The notes: generated from the sequence alone by a model not told the origin. Shown: positions 19,007 through 25,950, numbered from the stretch's first letter. The stretch is DNA of 56,442 bases from an uncultured Nitrospiraceae bacterium (GCA_964520685.1 CAZFOG010000002.1:1-56442); one strand, 5' to 3'. Numbers and translations: made by a program.

Positions 19007-20463
19007 TATGTGATGTTATTAATTAAAGGGATTCTAAAATTTGGAACTATATCTCCTCCAGCAGTTAATAATCCTCCTGCACTACTTGAATTATAAGAAA
19101 CTACGATTTCTTCCCCAGCAGTTACATTAGAATTTAATAGAAGGTTTATTCCTTTATCATCTGACGAATCAATCTCAATATCTATAACGGCATGTCCCGG
19201 TACACTGAAATCTCCTGGAAGCATGTCAAGTGACAATGGATCAAGTGACTCATGCCAAGTAACATGAACCCTTAGAGGATCACCATCTTCACATACTGCC
19301 GATAAAGGATAATGAACATAAGCATCATTAAGAACATGAAAGAAGGCTTCTTCCTTTGTAGAATCATCTCCTCTTCGTATCATTAATGCTGCCCATTCAA
19401 CATTAGCATTACTCAACAATGCTGCAGTTGCCCCCAAAGTAACTCGATTGAATGGTCTTGTCCCAGCATCACCAGTTATCTCTGGATCTTTATTCCAATG
19501 CATCCATGAATTAACCCCATTAAAACAACCGATAAATATATTATATTGACCCAGAAAAGTACTGTCAAAATTACTGCTCAAAGTTGCTCCTCCAGCCATA
19601 GATACTCTATTGAGACCGATTTGCCGTAATCCACTTTCCACTGTTCCAAAAGTACCTAAACGATCGTTGCTGGCAAAGCTAACAGCCTTAGCTATTGCAT
19701 AAAATGTCCATGGCGTATTAACTGGAGTGCTCATAGCAGCTACCGTTTGCAAGACATCATCTTGCCCATCAAATAAAACACCCGTTGCAGTTTTCGTAGG
19801 ACGGGTTCCGTCAGACCCAACTTCTAACAAATCCTGCCCGCTACTACTTATCAAATCTGCCCACGATATAACCTTATTAGTATCCTCTACCGTAATATCT
19901 TCATCAAAGACATATAATACCTCTGTAAGACCATCATCATTTATTACAGCAAGAAGCTTCTCATATACAGAATCACCACTTGGTTCTGGAATTGGTTCTT
20001 CACTCTCAGCTGGAATTTCACTCTCTTCGGCAGGAACGGCCGATCCAACATCCAGGATCACCTCGCTTGTTATTTGTATAACAACGTCTGCGGTTACTTT
20101 GTCGTCTGCTGTCATCGTTATTGGTAATTCAATTACTAACCCTTCAATTGTAAATGTACTTGGTTCTGAATCATAGTCCGGTAATACAATTCGGTAAGAC
20201 CGGACATCATCCGACTCAAAATCTTCTTTCATCAATTCGTACGTCTCACGTGTGAAGTTCATGTCAAGAGTAAGAGTACCGCCTTCAGCAAATCCAGTAA
20301 TGAATTCGTTGTAGCCTGCATCCGTCTCTAATGACGTAACTTCAAGCACATCTTTAGTCATCCCCGGACCATCAATGGAATTCACTTCAGCGATATCATC
20401 CCATGAAGCCCCGTTCCAACGCTGGAACTTTGTTCCTACTCCTGCAAACGCTTCACTTGCCAT
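19006..20463 (-). CDS. fibre-like structural protein: tail-tube-type N-domain plus LamG/concanavalin-like domain
   Basis: 485 aa. N-terminus MASEAFAGVGTKFQRWN...EVTSLETDAGYNEFITGFAEGGTLTLDMNFTRETYELMKEDFE is paralogous to the 1679-aa protein. Acidic linker ESEIPAESEEPIPEPSGD. VLFDGQDDVLQT...WTFYAIAK resembles LamG-type jelly-rolls. 1-nt overlap with the next gene. Confidence 0.75.
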   Translation of the reverse strand: MASEAFAGVGTKFQRWNGASWDDIAEVNSIDGPGMTKDVLEVTSLETDAGYNEFITGFAEGGTLTLDMNFTRETYELMKEDFESDDVRSYRIVLPDYDSEPSTFTIEGLVIELPITMTADDKVTADVVIQITSEVILDVGSAVPAEESEIPAESEEPIPEPSGDSVYEKLLAVINDDGLTEVLYVFDEDITVEDTNKVISWADLISSSGQDLLEVGSDGTRPTKTATGVLFDGQDDVLQTVAAMSTPVNTPWTFYAIAKAVSFASNDRLGTFGTVESGLRQIGLNRVSMAGGATLSSNFDSTFLGQYNIFIGCFNGVNSWMHWNKDPEITGDAGTRPFNRVTLGATAALLSNANVEWAALMIRRGDDSTKEEAFFHVLNDAYVHYPLSAVCEDGDPLRVHVTWHESLDPLSLDMLPGDFSVPGHAVIDIEIDSSDDKGINLLLNSNVTAGEEIVVSYNSSSAGGLLTAGGDIVPNFRIPLINNIT

Positions 20464-20469
20464 GACCTA

Positions 20470-20838
20470 CTACCAATCAAATCCAAATGTCACACTTCCA
20501 CTGGTATAATCCGCATCGTCAACAACACCTGCCCGCCAAATAACTCCGGCAGCATTATCATTGATCTTTACTCTCGTTCCAATAGGCCAGTTATCAGTTC
20601 CATTCTTTAAGTAATCTGACCACCCAGCATCTCTTGGACACTTGAACTGTAATTTTACTACTACTGTTGACGGAGATGAATCATCCACACTTTCCCTTAT
20701 GGAAAAATAAAATCCATTCGAGAGTTTTTTGTTTCGGGGAGCTACCTCATTGGTATAATACCCTCCACTACCTTGAGCAGGAGCCGTATCAACGGTAGCA
20801 TACTCCCAATGTTCTCCAGAACTCTTTGCGTTTGCCAT
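20470..20838 (-). CDS. hypothetical (probably virion-associated) protein
   Basis: 122-aa ORF in the structural operon, 6 nt upstream of the fibre paralogue. No recognisable motif. Confidence 0.6.
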   Translation of the reverse strand: MANAKSSGEHWEYATVDTAPAQGSGGYYTNEVAPRNKKLSNGFYFSIRESVDDSSPSTVVVKLQFKCPRDAGWSDYLKNGTDNWPIGTRVKINDNAAGVIWRAGVVDDADYTSGSVTFGFDW

Positions 20839-20846
20839 GACCGTAT

Positions 20847-21035
20847 TTATTTAATGCGTTTAACTTTGACTGCTTTCAAACCCTTCTTTCCCTCTTCTAC
20901 ATCAAATTCTACAAGGTCATCCTTCTTGATGACATCTAATGTTCCTGATTTGTGAACGAAAACGTCCTTACCATCATCTCCGGCAATAAAGCCAAAACCT
21001 TTTTGTTCATTGAAGAACTTAACTTTTCCTGTCAT
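20847..21035 (-). CDS. csp: cold-shock domain protein (CspA family)
   Basis: [31 protein letters not shown]...[17 protein letters not shown] carries the RNP1-like KGFGFI and RNP2-like VFVH motifs. I prefer the internal ATG at 21035 (62 aa, 4 nt after the upstream stop) to the track start at 21068. Confidence 0.85.
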   Translation of the reverse strand: MTGKVKFFNEQKGFGFIAGDDGKDVFVHKSGTLDVIKKDDLVEFDVEEGKKGLKAVKVKRIK

Positions 21036-21039
21036 TGTG

Positions 21040-21318
21040 TTAATATTTATCTGTTCTGAATACGTCAATAAAAAGAATTACTACAACCCCAAAAATTCCA
21101 CCGACCCACGTCAGCGTGACATCTGCTATCTCAGGATTACCCGTGCCCCACCACAAATCAATGGCCTCCTTCCCTAAACCTATAAACAGTGGAAATATTC
21201 CTGCAATGGCTTTCACCCAATCAGAGCGCAGGTGGGTAATCGGATCACGCTTTCCAAAGATGAGCATGATCAATATGCTAATAACAGCACCGGCAATGAA
21301 ATGATACAATAGGTCCAT
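21040..21318 (-). CDS. small membrane protein
   Basis: 92 aa with 3 hydrophobic segments. TAATG overlap with the terL stop. AAGGAGGA SD. Confidence 0.6.
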   Translation of the reverse strand: MDLLYHFIAGAVISILIMLIFGKRDPITHLRSDWVKAIAGIFPLFIGLGKEAIDLWWGTGNPEIADVTLTWVGGIFGVVVILFIDVFRTDKY

Positions 21319-22841
21319 TATGTTATCCTCCTTACAAGTTTTTTAAACACCAGCTTGTTAAATGCCCCAGCTGCGGCATCTACCTGGTCCTTATATGTTG
21401 AAAATGGGAAAAAACGATGTTCTTCGATGAAGTCCCGGTTCCAGGGAGCTTTCAGCAACCGGATTCCTCCGTTATTTACCTGAACACTATACGAGTCTGC
21501 ACGTGAAGCTTTATCCCCAGTCGGACGTTCGGCATACACTATGAACCCTGCAAGTCCTAAAATACTAGCCTGTGCAGACTCCTTCCCCCCTGATCCAGGT
21601 TCCTGTTCCAACCATATGATAGTAGAGGTTCCATCCATGCGAGCCGTTTCCTGCACAATAGCTTCCCTGCGTTCTGCTGTCCATCGTCCCCGGCGAACGT
21701 CCTCAATAATCCACCGGCCACTCATCAACTGCAACATTTTACATCCAACAGTAAAAGCAGACCCCTGTTCTTTGGAACCTGCTTTATCCCAGTACCGGAC
21801 TGAACGAAGAATATTACTGGGGTGCGGAAGTTCATCAATAATCTCAAAATTTGCAACCTTGAACATTCCACCTCCTGGAGGCGTTGGATCCTGACCGATC
21901 TGCCCTGCGTATCCATACTGTCCAAGGTCCGCTTCCAGGTCCTCAAGAACTTTCCATGGTAACCGAACAGGGTCCAACAGATCATCCTTGTAAAATTTGT
22001 AGAGTTCAGGTGGATTTATTTTTTCTTTATATCTGCGTGCATCTCCAGGTAGGCATATATGCTTGATGTTATCTTTACGCTTGGACAGGATATGTCCAGC
22101 TGGATCGTCCTGATGTAATCTTTGCATGATGAAGATCGTCGGCGTGATGGCTTTATCCGTCTTACGGGTGGACAGCGTTTGTTCACACCAGCGATTAGAA
22201 GATGCAAGTTCCAATTCGCTCACCGCCTGATTAGGATTCAGAGGGTCGTCCACAATCAGAATATCTCCATGAAACCCCGTCAGCGTACCTCCTACTGATG
22301 TGGAGTACCGGCTACCTCCTGAAACGATTTTGGGAGGCATCCCCTGACGAGCCACTTTTTTCACGATTCTGAAGTTACTTTTAACGTTCTTATCATCCCT
22401 GATGTCCAGGTCTGGATACATTTCACGGAACTTTGATGAACGAATTAGGTCACGACAGTACTCTGCACTCTCCAAAGAAAGGGTGTTAGAATACGATGCA
22501 CAAATAAACCTCATCCAGGGCCATCGTGTCCAACACCAGACGGGAAACATAATTGAACACGTGATGGTTTTCGTAGTTCCGGGAGGAACGTTGATGATCA
22601 GGTCGTATTCACGTGCACGACGCTCTCCAACACGGGTTGCAACCTTTTCCAACTCTCCACAAAGGTACTCGATATGCCAGTTGGGATGGAAAGTGTGAGC
22701 AGAGGCTATATCCCAGAAATATTCAAGGAAATGGAACAATGAACGATCGTTAAGTGCACGGGAGACAGCCAGTGGATTTTGCATTGCAAATTGCAATAAA
22801 TCCTTCTTGGACACGACCTGATCTCTCGTTTGCACTTCCAT
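21318..22841 (-). CDS. terL: terminase large subunit
   Basis: 507 aa. Walker A-like VPPGTTKT, Walker B-like ILIVDDP, and a C-terminal RNaseH-like nuclease region (..WLEQEPGSGGK.., ..DQVDAAAGA..). Downstream of the small subunit. Confidence 0.9.
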   Translation of the reverse strand: MEVQTRDQVVSKKDLLQFAMQNPLAVSRALNDRSLFHFLEYFWDIASAHTFHPNWHIEYLCGELEKVATRVGERRAREYDLIINVPPGTTKTITCSIMFPVWCWTRWPWMRFICASYSNTLSLESAEYCRDLIRSSKFREMYPDLDIRDDKNVKSNFRIVKKVARQGMPPKIVSGGSRYSTSVGGTLTGFHGDILIVDDPLNPNQAVSELELASSNRWCEQTLSTRKTDKAITPTIFIMQRLHQDDPAGHILSKRKDNIKHICLPGDARRYKEKINPPELYKFYKDDLLDPVRLPWKVLEDLEADLGQYGYAGQIGQDPTPPGGGMFKVANFEIIDELPHPSNILRSVRYWDKAGSKEQGSAFTVGCKMLQLMSGRWIIEDVRRGRWTAERREAIVQETARMDGTSTIIWLEQEPGSGGKESAQASILGLAGFIVYAERPTGDKASRADSYSVQVNNGGIRLLKAPWNRDFIEEHRFFPFSTYKDQVDAAAGAFNKLVFKKLVRRIT

Positions 22842-22846
22842 CGTTT

Positions 22847-23362
22847 CTATCCTAATGCAATACTTTCAGCTAACTGTTTCAAGCCGATCTTTTCCACCAG
22901 TTGCAATTCTTCAGTGGAAAGACCGTTGAAATCAAATTTGTTGATGTTGATGTTTGTATGAGTAGTCTCACTCTTGGATACATCGGCCCATAACTGCGGC
23001 TGACGTGCACTCAGCCATTTATTTGCACTCCATGGATCTGGAATTACATGCTTGGTAACGATCGTGCGAACCACCTGCCCCTTGATCACATGCAACACCT
23101 CCTCCTGAAAAGAGAATCCAACAGCACGCTTATACAGGGAAGCCGCCACCTTGGAATCTGCAATGATTTTTCCTTCATCCAACGCCTCCCGAAGTTCAGG
23201 CTTACTCTCCACCCACTGAAGAAACTTATCCTTGGACACTCCAAATGCACGTGCAATATCCTTGTCTTCAGCTCCAAGCAGAGCCATTTCATATGCAATT
23301 AATGGAAACCCACTCCTCCACAACACAGGCCGACCAGCTTTCCCATTACCAGACCGTTTCAT
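22847..23362 (-). CDS. terS: terminase small subunit
   Basis: About 171 aa. N-terminal HTH-like GRPVLWRSGFPLIAYEMALLGAEDKDIARAFGVSKDKFLQWV and ..ADSKVAASLYKRAVG.., typical of phage TerS. The track start at 23368 is a TTG, so I use the ATG at 23362. Confidence 0.75.
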   Translation of the reverse strand: MKRSGNGKAGRPVLWRSGFPLIAYEMALLGAEDKDIARAFGVSKDKFLQWVESKPELREALDEGKIIADSKVAASLYKRAVGFSFQEEVLHVIKGQVVRTIVTKHVIPDPWSANKWLSARQPQLWADVSKSETTHTNININKFDFNGLSTEELQLVEKIGLKQLAESIALG

Positions 23363-23367
23363 CTCCA

Positions 23368-23395
23368 ATTAAATTTACTATTGCGTAAATTTAAT
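23368..23395. promoter_or_regulatory. perfect 11-bp inverted repeat abutting the terS start
   Basis: ATTAAATTTAC (23368-23378), spacer tattgc, GTAAATTTAAT (23385-23395). Lies 5 nt upstream of the terS ATG on the minus strand. Could be an operator or a 5'-UTR hairpin. Confidence 0.5.
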
Positions 23396-23514
23396 GGATT
23401 TAAACCATATAACAATCCCACTTGAACAATTATTTTTTCGTAATTGAATCCACCTCTTCCCCCATCAACACTCCATTAGGACAATTCCCATCGAACTGAA
23501 CCCAAAAAAATTTT

Positions 23515-23542
23515 TTGACTTTATATAATACTCTATTATATA
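23515..23542 (+). promoter_or_regulatory. candidate sigma70-like promoter firing rightward into the non-coding region
   Basis: TTGACT (23515-23520), 16-nt spacer, TATATA (23537-23542), preceded by A7T7. Host promoter rules are unknown, so this is tentative. Confidence 0.3.
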
Positions 23543-23560
23543 TCAACAAATAAAAACACA

Positions 23561-23650
23561 TGAACATGGAGATAAAGAATCCATCTCCAAAAATCCCCCT
23601 ATAATACCAGAGTAATTACCCTATTACTATCCTATGGATATGAACATGGA
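23561..23650. repeat. direct repeat TGAACATGGA, two copies exactly 80 bp apart
   Basis: Copies at 23561-23570 and 23641-23650, with a related ATGAACTGGA at 23661-23670. Located in the AT-rich segment upstream of terS. Confidence 0.6.
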
Positions 23651-23699
23651 TATTTACCATATGAACTGGAAACCTGTTGCAAAAACCACTTGAAAACCA

Positions 23700-23985
23700 A
23701 ATTTGGACTGCAGATTTTTTACGGGTGCATTCCGGCAGTCCCAGAATTTGAATCTGCCGCTGATGGGGGGTGGGGTGACCGTCTCCCAGTCTATCCACCA
23801 CTTGCAGCCAGTCCAGGGACCTTCCACGGTACGTGGCCTGTCCGACACTTGCAATTGGAAAAGCTAAATATATGCACCCCGTCCAGTGGCGTTGTTTCGG
23901 CGGTAAATCAGTCCAGGCCAACGCACATGCATGCGGTGCACGCCACTCTATTCCGGTATCCTATCCCAGGCCTGCTCCCAGGTTA
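23700..23985. other. GC-rich, helix-rich non-coding segment (structured RNA or DNA element of unknown type)
   Basis: Composition jumps relative to the flanks. Nested complementarities: GCAGATT 23710-16 with AATCTGC 23751-57, ACGGGTGCAT 23721-30 with ATGCACCCCGT 23872-82, AGTGGCG 23885-91 with CGCCACT 23941-47, and local palindrome CCACGGTACGTGG 23824-36. Overlapping ORFs on both strands have non-protein-like composition. Confidence 0.4.
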
Positions 23986-23988
23986 TTT

Positions 23989-24330
23989 CAACGCCGTATC
24001 CGATATCAACGCCGTATCCGTTCTCCTATATCCCGTTATTACCTCCGTTCGGTATATAACGGTATCGGTCTATTATCCCGTTTTAGCCTATTTTCGTGCC
24101 GTTTCCGGCAGGATAATACCGTTTTACCTATATACCTATAACCTATCCTATTTTTACGCCGTTATCCCAGTTGACGGGAGGGGAGTTCAACGCTGTTTTT
24201 AACCTATTTTACCGATATTCAGTGATTTTATTAGCGTTATAACTATCTGATATTTAAGCTTATATATACGTTTATAATATTTTTTATAAAATACCGTTAT
24301 AATCTTAAATATTTCGTATATTAGTCCTGA
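23989..24330. repeat. iteron-like CCGT[TA] repeat cluster followed by an AT-rich tract (candidate replication origin or protein-binding array)
   Basis: CAACGCCGTATCCG at 23989-24002 and 24007-24020. TATCCCGTT at 24029-37 and 24074-82. Same-strand CCGT[TA] cores at 23994, 24012, 24018, 24033, 24045, 24078, 24099, 24119, 24159 and 24294. The stretch 24190-24330 is strongly AT-rich. Confidence 0.5.
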
Positions 24331-24339
24331 GAAAGAGAG

Positions 24340-24877
24340 TATAAACGAAAAAGAGGTAAAACGCTGAAAATCAGAGAGATAGCACTCCGGCACCGCAGTC
24401 AAGCCTAACACTGCAACCGACTGAAAATAGGATATTCCGCCACCTGTCGTGAGATAGTGCTTTTGCGGAGGAAAGTAAAACAGCGGATTCTTTGAAAAAA
24501 CTGGGATTATAGCACGGTCCACCGCTCCGCAGTCCAACTCCTCTGGCTTTTCCGGTTAATTACCGGACGGTTTAAGGGATGGATGTGATAAGGTATCCGG
24601 GAGATGCAACCGGATACCGCTAAAACGGGCAAGTAAGCTATTAACTCACCGCTCCAACGCTGTAGGCTACAAGGTAAAGAAATAATCCACTTGAGCTGTT
24701 GATAACGCTGGGACGGGAGTGCGGAAATAACTAATAATACCGCAGCCGGATATCTTTTCAAGTTATCCGGTATTGGTGCCGAACGCCGGGAGTAATAACA
24801 AGGTAATTTTGGCTGAAAGGTTTTTATCTTTTTTAAGGTATCTGAAGAGGTATGCGCAAGTGTACCTCTTTTTTTTT
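24340..24877 (+). ncRNA. candidate ~0.5-kb structured non-coding RNA ending at a strong intrinsic terminator (boundaries approximate, class unknown)
   Basis: No plus-strand ORF of 60 aa or more. Stable hairpins: GGTATCCGG 24592-600 with CCGGATACC 24610-18, and CCGGATA 24746-52 with TATCCGG 24764-70. Long-range GCACTCC 24382-88 with GGAGTGC 24716-22. Repeated CACCGCTCC and CCGCAG boxes. Terminator at 24845-24877. Confidence 0.4.
24845..24877 (+). terminator. Rho-independent terminator
   Basis: AGAGGTA (24846-52), 10-nt loop, TACCTCT (24863-69), then T9. Followed by GCCCGTCC. Confidence 0.8.
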
Positions 24878-24935
24878 GCCCGTCCTGTTATACCTTATTA
24901 ACTCCCGTATTACAGGAGGTAATATTTACCTTCAT

Positions 24936-24949
24936 AACTAAAAACCTTA
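24936..24949 (+). promoter_or_regulatory. early-gene leader box AACTAAAAACCTTA
   Basis: Box ends 5 nt before ATG 24955. Confidence 0.6.
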
Positions 24950-24954
24950 TTAAG

Positions 24955-25317
24955 ATGAGCAAAACCGTTATTAATTCGAACGAAACTGCCGCTGAGAGCA
25001 GTGTAAACGTATCCGAAACTGCCGCCACTCCGGTTAAAAACAAACCGGCAGCTGGGAAAAAACCGGCAAAAAAGGAAAAGAAACTGCTGAGCACGTTCGA
25101 ATTTGCCCGCGCAGGCGCAGTCGCGTTGGCAATCCGCCAGCTGAAACTCTCCGGTCACCCTGAGAAGCTTGCCGCAGCTAGTGAAAAAGTTATCGCACTG
25201 GCAGACAAAATTTACTCCGAAAAAACCGGAGCACCCTCAAACCTGAAGGAAAGCAAGTGGAATTTCCTTTATGCCACACGATTCCTGAAGTACTATGAAC
25301 AGCCGGCAAAGAAGTAA
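24955..25317 (+). CDS. early hypothetical protein (Lys/Ala-rich N-terminal tail)
   Basis: 120 aa. Leader box upstream and two terminators downstream, so it looks like a monocistronic unit. Confidence 0.7.
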   Translation: MSKTVINSNETAAESSVNVSETAATPVKNKPAAGKKPAKKEKKLLSTFEFARAGAVALAIRQLKLSGHPEKLAAASEKVIALADKIYSEKTGAPSNLKESKWNFLYATRFLKYYEQPAKK

Positions 25318-25325
25318 GCCAACTG

Positions 25326-25355
25326 AAAAAAGAGTCCAAGTGACTCTTTTTTTTT
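25326..25355 (+). terminator. Rho-independent terminator (A-tract/T-tract, potentially bidirectional)
   Basis: AAGAGTC (25330-36), loop caagt, GACTCTT (25342-48), then T-run to 25355. Followed by GCCCGTCC, as at 24878. Confidence 0.8.
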
Positions 25356-25375
25356 GCCCGTCCGTCATCAAAATT

Positions 25376-25402
25376 AGAGATCATCCGGTGATCTCTTTTT
25401 TT
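25376..25402 (+). terminator. second Rho-independent terminator
   Basis: AGAGATCA (25376-83), loop tccgg, TGATCTCT (25389-96), then T-run. Confidence 0.75.
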
Positions 25403-25548
25403 ATATCGGATGCCTAAATATTTAGCAGTTTTACAGACAAAGATACCGAATATTAAAGAATTCAACAGACCAGTATTCAAAGACATCCGTACACTCACTC
25501 ATAGAAGGGAGTGCAATGGGTGAGTGAATACGTAAATCCGCTTTGTCC

Positions 25549-25562
25549 AATTTTCGGGTGAA
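25549..25562 (+). promoter_or_regulatory. conserved box AATTTTCGGGTGAA (copy 1)
   Basis: The exact 14-mer is also present at 30051-30064 and 36902-36915, always in intergenic DNA upstream of a plus-strand transcription unit. Confidence 0.55.
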
Positions 25563-25575
25563 TTTTCTTTCATTT

Positions 25576-25598
25576 TTATTGTATAACTAAAAACCTTA
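25576..25598 (+). promoter_or_regulatory. promoter-like TTATTGTATAAC fused to leader box AACTAAAAACCTTA
   Basis: TTATTGTATAAC (25576-87) is a variant of the TTATTTGTATAATA 14-mer. The box 25585-98 ends 5 nt before ATG 25604. Confidence 0.55.
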
Positions 25599-25603
25599 TC
25601 AAG

Positions 25604-25906
25604 ATGAAAAATCAATTCCGTTTCTCAGCTCCGATTGTTCATACAATCGAAATTCAACGTCGTCCTACCACTTTCCGGGTTTCATTCCCGGACCGTAACC
25701 TGGTAGTATCTATGATTGTTAGGGGAACGCATGTCCATATCAGCGATGCGGCTATCGTTGATGATGGAAAAGGTCGCCGACAGTTGAAATGGAACGGGAC
25801 CGTAAACAAACTTTTCAAAGCTTTCCCTTCATCTGACGGATTACAGGCTGCTTTCCGCCGGTACGTCAAGTGCTGGTATTGCTCTGAGGCCGAAATGGTA
25901 ATCTGA
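25604..25906 (+). CDS. early hypothetical protein
   Basis: 100-aa ORF bounded by the promoter/leader box and the terminator at 25920-25950. Confidence 0.65.
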   Translation: MKNQFRFSAPIVHTIEIQRRPTTFRVSFPDRNLVVSMIVRGTHVHISDAAIVDDGKGRRQLKWNGTVNKLFKAFPSSDGLQAAFRRYVKCWYCSEAEMVI

Positions 25907-25919
25907 TACCGCTAAAATG

Positions 25920-25950
25920 AACCGCTCCTATGCGTGGGAGCGGTTTTTTT
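25920..25950 (+). terminator. Rho-independent terminator
   Basis: AACCGCTCC (25920-28), 8-nt loop, GGAGCGGTT (25937-45), then T-run. Confidence 0.8.

Noticed and set aside
24455-24485. GAGGAAAGT within GCGGAGGAAAGTAAAACAGCGG resembles the RNase P RNA P4 consensus (GAGGAAAGUCC)
   Set aside because: The match stops after 9 nt. None of the other universally conserved RNase P blocks (the ACAGAA..., GGUAAGAGCGCACC-like or 3' P4 strand) could be found in 24340-24877.
23616-24761. Track ORFs in the central region on both strands (23616-23921 -, 23654-23854 -, 23690-24202 +, 23833-24141 +, 24199-24537 -, 24507-24761 -)
   Set aside because: They overlap one another. Their skewed compositions are driven by the CCGT/TATCC repeats and GC-rich palindromes. 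They lack leader boxes or SD sites and have no recognisable motifs. I treat the region as non-coding, while noting that I cannot exclude a small real gene.
25190-25498. 102-aa minus-strand ORF spanning the end of gene 24955-25317 and the two terminators
   Set aside because: It is antisense to a well-supported gene and runs through two intrinsic terminator hairpins and their A/T tracts. It has no initiation signal.
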